Source of the DNA: Amoebidium appalachense
Taxonomy: Eukaryota; Protista; Ichthyosporea
Direction: 5' to 3'
DNA length: 64,000 nt
NCBI GenBank assembly: GCA_963693365.1
Contig: CAVNZM010000010.1
Location: 8,743,794-8,807,793 of the forward strand
Shown piece by piece: positions 1 to 33,501 of this stretch; position 1 is the first letter of the stretch; every line of letters starts with the position of its first letter. The position numbers and the translations under genes were made by a program. The notes under the pieces were generated by a model. That model had not been told where the DNA came from, searched no databases, and was given only the letters and a program-made list of their open reading frames with translations.

Positions 1-140
1 TAAAGTCATTGGGATAAAGGTGTGTTCATTTTTTCATGGATAGTAACTTGCTCAAGTGGGAAAATCATCAGTTGAAGTACCAGTATGACTTTCCACCAAT
101 TATACTCGCCCAATCCTTACTTTTAACCCATTCCCCCCAG

Positions 141-290
141 GACCGTCACATTGTCGACGAGTTGTATGAGCCGTACAGCCCTACCGATGCCCAGTTTGTT
201 TCTGCCCCCGACAGAGAGGCTGCTTGGCTGGCCCAGATCGACAAGCGCATCAACGCAATTCATCTCACCAGAAATGTTCGCAGCTCCCTT
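141..290 (+). CDS. Probable upstream exon of the POLG gene (3' boundary unresolved)
   Basis: Pyrimidine-rich acceptor (ccccag|gac at 140/141) followed by an open, protein-like frame DRHIVDELYEPYSPTDAQFVSAPDREAAWLAQIDKR. I could not join it unambiguously to the exon at 1045. Confidence 0.45.
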
Positions 291-556
291 CCTCCCCCCC
301 CCCTCCCCCCCCCCCCCCCCCCCCCACCTTCACCCTCCGCTTTCCCCCGCCTCACTGGGACTTAGCTGACCGGTCCCGTGGTTCAAAAGGCCTCTCACAC
401 AGTCCGGTTGTTTTGTTGGTGGAATAGTTGTTTATGCAGATGCACCCACCTAAAGCAGCGGGAAGCATCACGACGACAGACATTTAAGTACGCTCAATCA
501 CGCAAACATGCACACACAACTCTCAGTCGCATGCACGTGCACAGGCACACATTCCC

Positions 557-604
<48 letters not shown>

Positions 605-769
605 AGCCGCACTGCACCACACACCACATTCACACCTCCCCGTCACCCTTCCCGGCCTCTTTCCCCTCCCGACACTTCCACACATAGAGGGGAACAAACC
701 TCGTAGAGAGGGACAAAGAGACAAGTAAGGCACACACACACAACACACACAGACACACATACACATACA

Positions 770-830
<61 letters not shown>

Positions 831-839
831 TGCACGCAC

Positions 840-886
<47 letters not shown>

Positions 887-1044
887 CACACACGCACACA
901 CACACACACAGTCATGCCTATTTTGGCCAGCACCAATTCGAAGAAGAACGGCCAACACATCCCTTAACCCCTCCCTCTGCGTAAAAACACCCCACTTCTC
1001 CACAACATTCCATGCCCCTAGTAACCCCATGCCATTGGCTCCAG

Positions 1045-14213
<13,169 letters not shown>

Positions 14214-16361
14214 CCAGGGTAACTTGGCCTCGGATACAAGCTGAAGGTTTTCTCCTTAGGAAACTTAATCTCGCTCTCGTGTTTTGTATGCGCTGTGTGC
14301 ACCTTTTTTTTTTTTTTTTTTTTTTTTTGCCCTCCTGTGGAAAGGGGGAGGTGTTAATATTAGCAAAGGGCTCCCGGGCACACAACACACACTGAAAAAC
14401 ATCGAATGATATACACACATGCCCTATCCCCAGTTGCGCTGATTTCATTAGCTTAATGTGCAGTATCTTGTATACGCTATCGATGATTCCTGTGGTCGTT
14501 TTCAGTTCCATAATTTGCGTATTTTTCTTGGGTCACCATCCCGGTGTAGTGGGTTTTCAGAAGAAGAAATGATATGGCTCATAGGAGCATAACGGCAGCA
14601 GGGGGGGGGGGGGGGGGGGGGGGGGAGGGGAACACCCATGTATGTGTTTTTTGTCAATACGTGAAAACCCTAACGTTTGCCGGCTGTAGTGATTCATAAC
14701 ACAACATGTTATGGTGCTGAAGGCAACGTCGTAATAGCTTGCACACACGGTTACTTTTGAGTGTGTGTTGGATATTCGGGCTCGTCAGAGCCTAAAATAC
14801 AATTGTGTGTATGTACTGCACTGCCAATGAACATAATACGAGTAAAGTCGTCGGGAGATTATTGCGAAGAGGTCGTAGTTTTCGAGGAGCTCACTGATGC
14901 CATGTCGTTTCAATATTAAACAATGTGTTCTTAATTTTTTCCAACAAACGGCTGGTTGTTGTTGCTGCTGCTGTTGCTGAACACGACAAAACAGGAGTAT
15001 TTACCACGGACACCTCAACTTTGCAACAATGCTGTAGACGGGTCAGAAGAAGAAAGGCTCTTGTACTGATGTGAGCCAGCGTTACTTTTATAGGCACCAC
15101 CTGTTTCAACTGCACTCGTAAATGCATCGCATTCTGTGTGCCGACATCACAGATTTGAGGCTTGCCGTTTGCTCCGTGCTTCACGCCCACGGCCGTGGCC
15201 ATACACGCCACGGAGAAGCCCTCATGCATGTGCCTACTCTTTTGAAAAGTCTCGTGAGCCGTAGATCTTAAAGTCCATTGACAGCACGTTTGCCCATCTA
15301 GATCTTGATGATGTCAGTCGATGTATTTGTAAAAATGGCACAACGGAGAGCAGAGTGTAAGGAAATATGAGAAAATAGCTAGATCACGGCATGCAGAAGG
15401 TACACATTTCAACACTGGAGAGCGGTATACGACATCAATTCCCCATGCAAATGAGAATGCACATGACACCGATGCGTGTGTCAATAATTAGCCAACTCAA
15501 CATTCATTCGTTACGCGGTACCATCTTGCGGGTAACCCAACTCTTCAAGGATTTAAGGTGTGCATGAACTCTGCATACCCCTTTATTTCCGAGCCTCCCG
15601 TCATCACCTGTCAACGAAGGAACTTGGCTCAATAGGTTGTGCTGGTGAGTAATTCTTGCTTGAACCAACTTCACTCAATCGCCAACAAGGCAAAAAACAT
15701 GAACCTGCTGGCGCTTTCAACTATATGACATGAATCCTTTCACAGGCACCCCAGCTACAGCGGAACACCAGAGCACCCACTGCGTCTCCCCTACCGGCAC
15801 AATATGTTTGTTTACCTAATGACCTATGTACTTGCACGCACCTAGGGATGGAGCGGGCATTTGTGTGCGTGGAGATCAAATAACTGCACAAATGGCTGGA
15901 GCGGAAGCATGCCTGCATGACCTGGCTCACTTACAAAGCTTTAAGACCCTTTTCAAAGTAAGTTTAAGTCAACTGCTGTTTCTATTTCTTATCGACCAAT
16001 CACAAAATTACGTTATGACGGGTCCAGTGCTCGCGATGTGCTGTTGTCATTAGCCCCAGGCTCGTTGAGGAATCTGCCTGCCGGCGAACGGCTTTGCACG
16101 GCCCGTTGCTACAGGAGAGAGAGAGCTCAGCACACGAACGAAAAAAAACGAGAAATAAGCGATTTGTATGTTGTTACTTTGGGATAGGGGTAGGTAGAAG
16201 GGTAGAACCACTGTTTTTTTAAACCCTACGCTTGTGTTATACACACATGGCTCACCTCCATTACACGTAGACACTTTTGTCCGGGGGTTTCAGCACTTTT
16301 TTGTAGTCAAATAGAGTTGGTGGGGAGGGTGGTGTTAGTGCCCATTAGGTGGGTGTCAATC

Positions 16362-18089
16362 ATGAAGGCCTTTGGGCTTAAAATAGGGGGGAATAGGAAG
16401 AACGTAGACGGGAAGAAAGAGAAGGAAGAGAAAGATAAGTCCAAGGACAAGAAAGACAAGAGCAAGGACAAGAAAGATAAGGACAAGGATAAAACCAAGA
16501 ATGACAAAGACAAGCGCGACTCGGGCGGGTCTGGGTCCGTCCCCCCACCCGACCTTGCCTTGGGCTCCTCCCCCAAGCCGAGCGAGCCACCAAAGGCCGG
16601 GGCACCCAGCACGCCCACAAAACTAAAGGGCGGGGTGGGGTTGTCCGACCTGCCCCTTGCAAAGCCTCAGCGCAGACAGAATTCGTCTCACTTCCGGGGT
16701 CAGCAGAAGGCGGAGATACAGAAACTGCCGGCGTTCAAAGACGTATCGGCGAACGAACGGCAGGATCTTTTTGTGCGCAAACTGCGCGAATGTTGTCTGT
16801 GCTTCGACTTCTCGGACGCGCTGCAAGACCTGCGTGGCAAGGAGATCAAACGTGCCATGCTAAACGAGCTCGTCGAGTACATCACCAACAACAGGGGGGT
16901 CATCACCGAGGCCATATACGCCGAGGCGGTAAACATGTTCGCCACGAACGTCTTCCGAACGCTGCCGCCGACACAAAACCCGTCGGGGGCCGAATTCGAC
17001 CCGGAGGAGGACGAGCCAGCGCTGGAGGCGGCGTGGCCACACCTACAGATAGTCTACGAGTTTTTCTTGCGGTTTCTCGAGTCTGCGGATTTCCAACCAA
17101 ACACGGCAAAGAAATTCATCGACCAGAACTTCGTGCTACAGCTGCTGGATCTTTTCGACTCGGAGGACCCACGGGAGCGCGATTTTTTGAAAACGACCCT
17201 CCATCGGATATACGGCAAGTTCCTCACGTTGCGAGCGTTTGTGCGCAAGAGCATCAACAACATATTCTACCAGTTCATTTACGAGACGGAGCACCACAAC
17301 GGCGTCGCGGAGCTACTCGAAATTCTCGGGTCGATTATTAACGGCTTTGCCATCCCGCTCAAGGACGAGCACAAGACGTTCCTCATTCGGGTACTCATCC
17401 CCCTCCACAAGGTGAAGACGCTCACCATGTACCACCCCCAGCTGGCATACTGTGTGGTGCAATTCCTCGAAAAAGACCCGGCGCTTACCGAGCCGGTGAT
17501 CCTGGGCCTGTTGAAATACTGGCCCAAAACAAACAGCCCGAAGGAGGTCATGTTTTTGAACGAAATCGAAGAGATACTCGACGTTATCGAACCGTCCGAG
17601 TTCCAGAAGGTCATGGTGCCGCTGTTCACGCAGCTCTCCAAGTGCGTGTCCTCCTCACACTTTCAAATCGCCGAACGCGCACTCTATTACTGGAACAACG
17701 AATACATCATCAGTCTCATCAGCGAAAACGCAAACGTCATCCTTCCGCTCATGTTCTCGTCGCTCTACCGCAACAGCAAGTCGCATTGGAACCGCACGAT
17801 TCACGGGCTCGTATACAACGCGCTTAAACTTTTCATGGACACCAATCCGGTGTTGTTTGAGGAGTGCACACAGAAGTACAAGCAGGAGGTCGAGTTGGAA
17901 GCGGCGGCGGCAGAGGAGAGACAGGCGCAGTGGGCGCAGCTGGAGGAGATGGCCTCGGCCAGTGCTCTGTATGTAGATATGGTCACTGCACGCACAGAGA
18001 GGGAGAAGGGACGGGTGGCTGTGGGGGTGCAGGCTATGCTCGATGGAAGACTCATGCCGACGGGCGATGGGGCGGTCGATGCACCGTAG
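16362..18089 (+). CDS. PPP2R5: Protein phosphatase 2A regulatory subunit B' (B56/PR61 family), single coding exon
   Basis: Uninterrupted ORF from ATG 16362 with B56 motifs [115 protein letters not shown] and [17 protein letters not shown]-rich low-complexity N-terminus. Confidence 0.97.
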   Translation: MKAFGLKIGGNRKNVDGKKEKEEKDKSKDKKDKSKDKKDKDKDKTKNDKDKRDSGGSGSVPPPDLALGSSPKPSEPPKAGAPSTPTKLKGGVGLSDLPLAKPQRRQNSSHFRGQQKAEIQKLPAFKDVSANERQDLFVRKLRECCLCFDFSDALQDLRGKEIKRAMLNELVEYITNNRGVITEAIYAEAVNMFATNVFRTLPPTQNPSGAEFDPEEDEPALEAAWPHLQIVYEFFLRFLESADFQPNTAKKFIDQNFVLQLLDLFDSEDPRERDFLKTTLHRIYGKFLTLRAFVRKSINNIFYQFIYETEHHNGVAELLEILGSIINGFAIPLKDEHKTFLIRVLIPLHKVKTLTMYHPQLAYCVVQFLEKDPALTEPVILGLLKYWPKTNSPKEVMFLNEIEEILDVIEPSEFQKVMVPLFTQLSKCVSSSHFQIAERALYYWNNEYIISLISENANVILPLMFSSLYRNSKSHWNRTIHGLVYNALKLFMDTNPVLFEECTQKYKQEVELEAAAAEERQAQWAQLEEMASASALYVDMVTARTEREKGRVAVGVQAMLDGRLMPTGDGAVDAP

Positions 18090-18426
18090 GTGGAGGATGT
18101 GATGCGTAGGGGGTCACACAGACATGGACATTTATTCATTAATGCACGTACATGAACACTACATAAACACACGGGTACACGCGCACAATTGGTATATGTT
18201 TGGGCTATCACATACACAGAGTGCAAGGGGTTAAGTAGTAAGTAGTGGCCATATGGCCATATGTGTTGGTGTTTTTGAATCATGGCCCAAACAATCTCTT
18301 TTGGGCCTTCCGAGTCTGTATCTGCCGATGCTGTGTTCCGGACATATGGCATATCTATGTTTTTATGTATTGAATAATGGTGGGGTGGGAGGTGAAAGTG
18401 AAATGTTGTGGGTGGGTGGGGCGGAA

Positions 18427-18468
<42 letters not shown>

Positions 18469-18943
18469 GTTTCCTTTGCAGGTCAAGTGGAACTAGCACT
18501 TTCTTTTTGGGTTTCAGAGCTACAACTTTTACTGACTGTGTATCTGGTACCGGCGTTTTATTTGCTTGCATTGGTCCGTGTGCACCGTGCACGTCTACGG
18601 AAATAGGTGTATCAATCCATGTTCGAAATTCGAAGTTTCACATGTAACTATTTGGGTTCGAGATATTATGTATCGTGTTCGAACATGGGTTTTGTGTGTG
18701 CTTTTATTGTTTTTATTATTTGAGCAACTAGGGGAAAGGGGTGGCTGGCCCACAGTCAAACCATACAGAGCTATTGTCAGGGACCATGTCGCCCACCTGC
18801 CGCCCGTAACACACACACACACACACACACATGCAAGCTTATGCTCTGTGCCTGTTACTGTGTGCATGTGCGCTGCACGTCAACCCGCAATGATTTGCTC
18901 TTGGAACCGTCCCAGCCCCCTCTCCCGTCTCCCCTCCGAGCTC

Positions 18944-18980
<37 letters not shown>

Positions 18981-19061
18981 TTCCCACCACCACCACCACC
19001 ACCACCACCACCACACCACACACAAGCACCACAAACGATGATTTCGAATCTGGCTGTCTCT

Positions 19062-19383
19062 CGTGCATACGTTTTAATCTGACTCCTGTGTGTGTATAGC
19101 CTTCCCTCAGTGCAATCTCAACATCTAAATCCCCTCCCCCCCACTCCCCCCCCCCCCCCCCCTCCCCCCCCCCCCCCCCCCCCCCCCCGCCCCATATACG
19201 TGGGCTAAGGGGTCGAAACTCAGACGCAATTGATGACTTGGGCCCTCCCTGAGGATGGGCTCTGCTTATGACGCATACTGTGCGCATGGCTGATGCTGCA
19301 TACTTGAATGTTTGCCTTTGCATGTGTCCTGCATCATGCTTCTCATCGTCTATGCGTACTTCGTACTGTGTTCCGCATTCAAA
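19062..19383 (+). ncRNA. Candidate structured non-coding RNA, short copy (S1)
   Basis: Shares ordered blocks with 20310-20965: agc-tccct, aatctca, ggtcgaaactc, gatgacNtgggcccNccctgaggatgggctctgcttat, gcatact, gtacttcgtact, cgcattcaaa. Hairpins are evident by eye. Confidence 0.5.
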
Positions 19384-19394
19384 CCCCCCCCCCC

Positions 19395-19439
<45 letters not shown>

Positions 19440-19560
19440 CCCTTCTCCTCCCCCCCCCCCCCCCCCCCCCCCCCCTTCCCCTCCTACCTTCTTTTCTCCC
19501 CCCCTTCCCCCCCCCCCCCCCCCCCCTGGCCAAACCCTGTATACACTCTTCTCATCAGCA

Positions 19561-19670
19561 GGTCTCTAACCCACTCTGCAGAACGTTTTACGCATTTCTC
19601 CCCTCGGAGAACTTGGTCGTTGGTGCGTTTTTGTCTGACATCTAACGACTCTGCAGGGTCCCCTGAGACT
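19561..19670 (+). ncRNA. Candidate ~110 nt stem-loop RNA element, copy A
   Basis: Nested stems ggtctc/gagact, actctgcaga/tctgcagggt, cgtt/aacg, acgca/tgcgt and ttctcc/ggagaa. Homologous to 19771-19883. Confidence 0.45.
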
Positions 19671-19770
19671 ACTGACACTCTAACATTCCCTCCCCTCTCT
19701 TACTTCCCCCCCCCCCCCCCCTCCCCCTTTCCCTCCTCCTTCCCCTCCCATTTTCTCTGCACACCCAACA

Positions 19771-19883
19771 GGTCTTAACCAGATCTGCACATCGTTAGTC
19801 ACAATCTTCTCACATATATGAGAGAATGATCGTATTGGTACGATTTGTCTAATATCTGACGATTCTGCAGCATCCCTAAGACC
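19771..19883 (+). ncRNA. Candidate ~110 nt stem-loop RNA element, copy B
   Basis: Nested stems ggtctta/taagacc, ctgca/tgcag, atcgttag/ctgacgat and tctca/tgaga. Homologous to 19561-19670. Confidence 0.45.
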
Positions 19884-19907
19884 CCCCCCTCCCCCTCCCC
19901 CCCCTCC

Positions 19908-19939
<32 letters not shown>

Positions 19940-19951
19940 ACCTTCTCTCTC

Positions 19952-20014
<63 letters not shown>

Positions 20015-20019
20015 TTCCT

Positions 20020-20066
<47 letters not shown>

Positions 20067-20127
20067 GCGCCTGTTGTTTTGCTTGTCATTTGTTGTTCTG
20101 GTTGATTACCTGTAATCTTCGCTTATT

Positions 20128-20164
<37 letters not shown>

Positions 20165-20309
20165 TGTGCGGGGTTGCACATACCGGTGTCTACTTTTCTT
20201 CTTACTGTTTTTCTCTCCACACACTTCATCTGTCCACTTCTGCATACCCCCTTTCATAGCTATAGACACACCTCACACATTGCGTTACGCGCACGCATGC
20301 ACACACCGC

Positions 20310-20965
20310 TCTGTTGGCGACAGCTCCCTTGGAACCCATGCGGCATGTTACCCGCCGGCGTAACATAACTCGGACTATCGGTTTGGCTTTTTTCAAGCCC
20401 AAAGCAATGGGTGATACCATATTTCCGGCTGACATCCGGGGGCATAGCTTTCCGTTCGAAGACGATAAAGTTCCGCCCTAGTAAGCGTGTTACTACCCTG
20501 CGGCGTGGGTCAAATCTCATATTTTCCCCTCTGATTACGAATTCTGTGGCCTTCGGGACTTAATTCTTTTCAGCTGGTGTAGTATGTTAGCCAGGGAAGT
20601 ATCGACTTAGGTATCGACGGGGGAGCTTCCTAGAAGCCCCGTCTCCTGAGTTCCTATCTATATTTTTCTTGCTTCTGCTTACTGCTGCAACTTTAACCCC
20701 CGGCCTTTCCCACTGCCCTTGCCTGCATAAGCAACCCTGCTCGTCTCTGATCAAGACGGGTGACCTACTCATGTTCAAGTGAAACAGTATCTGAGTTGGG
20801 TTTCGTTAACGAGGGGAATAGGTCGAAACTCGGGTACTGTGGATGACGTGGGCCCCCCCTGAGGATGGGCTCTGCTTATTATGCATACTCTTTATGTATG
20901 GCTTGCATTCTGCATCGTGTTATCCGTTTGTTCTTGTGTACTTCGTACTTTTTGACGCATTCAAA
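20310..20965 (+). ncRNA. Candidate structured non-coding RNA, long copy (S2) with two large multibranch insertions
   Basis: Closing helices acccatgc(20334-41)/gcgtgggt(20503-10) and ttcccctc/gaggggaa (~20524/~20811) enclose many hairpins. The conserved core is shared with S1. No credible ORF. Confidence 0.55.
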
Positions 20966-21009
20966 ACCCCCCCCGCCCCAGCCCGCCACATCCCCTGGTT
21001 TAAGCACCA

Positions 21010-21079
<70 letters not shown>

Positions 21080-21332
21080 GCACACATGTATGCACACACG
21101 AATACGTGCTCGACACGGCCACGCGCACACCAAAGCATACCCCCCCACCCACCCCCCTCCCATCCCGTTTTGTGGTTTGTGGGGATCCGACAGCCAATCG
21201 CGATGGGACACGACCATGGAATCACACCTTCTCTGGATAGGTTATCCATCAAAACCCAATCAAAACAGTGCATTTTAGCCAGAGATGTGGCGGGATGAAC
21301 AGGCTGCTCCAAGCCCCCCCACCCCCTCCCCC

Positions 21333-21374
<42 letters not shown>

Positions 21375-23156
21375 ACACACCTCACCGCTGAGTAAGTGGA
21401 CCACTGCCCTGTGTGCACAGAGCACAGGGTGGGTGCAGTGACCCTCATGATGTTTGTCAAGTCAGAGGTATGTTGTGCAATTGTTTTGCGCAAACACCTT
21501 GCATATATACTGGGGGTTTACGCTGTTTACTCGAGGCAAAGAGAGACCAGTCTTAGGTATGGGGGGTTTTTGCTCGGAATATCCCCTCAGCTGTATATCA
21601 TGATCACGTACATAGATGTCGGGTGTATTGTGGTTGCGAGCCCGCTGACTATAGTGCCAGTGCTGTGAGCTGATTGGTTCACACTGTGCCCTCCAATCAT
21701 TTCGGACCACACATGCAGCTAGGCCGATCACATCATGCCTGGTCACGTGTGTTTTCATGGTCCCATGTGCACAGACCTATAAATATCCTCCAATCAAAAC
21801 ATCCCAACATCATGGCACCACAAACGCCATAAACCTACAACAGCCTTAGCTCTCTGAACCCCCCCGCCCCCCTCCCCCTGCCACCCCCCACCCCCCCCCC
21901 TTCCGGCGGGGTTCCCTACTTCCACCCATCCATTCTCCATCAATCTGCAGTTGCACTCGGAGAGCTCAGTGATCGATGGTGCACTATTATTGGGGTTATT
22001 CAATCACAGGCGCATGCATAGGCCCCACTGGCGGCTGGGCCATGTGTCTACATCCTCAAGCCTACAGCATTTTCTCCCATTAGACTGGCAACCATATGCG
22101 GCTCAGGATGACACATACTGCATATGGTGCGAGATATGTGGCTCATGCTGTGAGGGTGTGCTCCTATGTACATCATATGATGTGTGCGAATAGCTGTAGC
22201 CGCGAGGCAGCGGCCAATGAAGTGCAATGATTCTGGCCTGCACCATCATATTGCCGATGACCCTCCCTCCCCTCCCCCCCCCCCCCCCCCCTCCCCCCCC
22301 CCCTCCCCCCCCCCTATTCCCCTCTGGTCTCCCCACTTCCCTCCTTCCCTGCTACTTTCCCTCAACCCCCTCCCCCTCCCTCTACGTATTACCCCCTTCC
22401 TCCCCACCTTCCCCTACATCAACCGTAAAGGCGCTGGCTTCGTTGAAAAGTTGGAGGCGGGGGAGCGGAAGGGGGGAAGGGGGGGGGGGGGGGGGTTGGT
22501 TGGTTAACATACCACCGACTGGTACGTATACGTTCACATATGCATCATACATATATGCTCAGTTCTATTGTGTCTGGCCCAGCACATGCCTAGTTCAGAC
22601 ATATGCCGCTGGCAGTGTACATGTACACGCAGGTGTACCCACGGGCACCCTCCCTCATGCGGACACTGACTTGCACGGCCCAATGGTTGCAATGGTGTGT
22701 TTTGGCACGGATGTGCTTATGACGACAGGAAAGCAGTAAACACAAGAAGGTCTCGGGACTATGCAACATTCCTACACTGAAATTACTTAGTCATACTCAT
22801 ATCATAGTAGTTCGAAATTTGATAGAAGGCGGCTGCCGGCCAATCAGATAAATCAAAGCAAGTGTGCAACTAACGACACACCACTGACCTCGCGCATTCA
22901 TTAAAAAAAGCCAATCAAAACAGTTGCAAAAACAAGTTACTGTTTGTATCATAGTGGGCACACACGTGCATGCTACCAGTTTAAACACGACACCATTCAT
23001 GCAAGCCTCGAAACTACCACTCACAACACACCATTCTTATCCATACATATCCCCCCCCCCCCCCCCCCCCCCCTCCCCCCTTGCCCCCCCCCCCTCCTGC
23101 AAGCACCAACATAGATCCTTGATGCCCATTGGCTCCCAGTCACGTGCAGCCAGTGC

Positions 23157-33105
<9,949 letters not shown>

Positions 33106-33460
33106 GGCTGCATGCACATGAGCTGCCTATGTGTGCGGCCCTGCCTGCCTCAAACACCCAGCCTCCCTGTATGTCGGGCACAGGCACACCGGAGCTGTGC
33201 AGTCTGATCACATGCACGCACGTCCTTATGAAAGTATATAGCCTAGCCTACGAAGGAGTTCCTATGCCTGCGCAGAAGACACTGCCTTCAACACAACACC
33301 TTACTGAGAAGTTCCTTCAACACAACACCTCACTGAGCAGTGAGAACACTCGTGCAGACGTCGGTGTAGCTGCGCGAGAAAAAAGCATTCCAGATCCACC
33401 AATCGCATGCACAAATATCCTGACTGCGCGGGAAACGCTCCTCCGCAGGTCACAACAGAC

Positions 33461-33501
33461 CTGAAGCCTGGCAAGGTGCCTGAAGCCTGGCAAGGTGCCT
33501 G
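33461..33501. repeat. Short direct tandem duplication upstream of MOCS3
   Basis: ctgaagcctggcaaggtgc occurs twice in tandem. Confidence 0.85.

Noticed and set aside
19035-19083. C/D box snoRNA (cgatga ... gttttaat-ctga)
   Set aside because: Imperfect C box, only ~48 nt long, and the rRNA target cannot be verified from this window.
19211-19270. Type II hammerhead ribozyme (GAAAC ... CUGAGGA), also at 20821-20880
   Set aside because: No proper stem III or GUH cleavage triplet can be formed, and stem II is mismatched.
19231-19272. SECIS element (AUGA plus hairpin)
   Set aside because: No correctly placed 3' GA for the quartet, and no in-frame UGA in the upstream B56 gene.
20855-20876. Telomerase RNA CR4/5 P6.1-like GAG..UGGGCUCUG
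   Set aside because: No CUAACCCU-type template within the element, the loop size differs, and there are two diverged copies. Not fully excluded without a covariance-model search.
21375-21470. Possible small exon between B56 and MOCS3
   Set aside because: Splice-like signals occur on both strands, but there is no recognisable protein similarity or partner exons.
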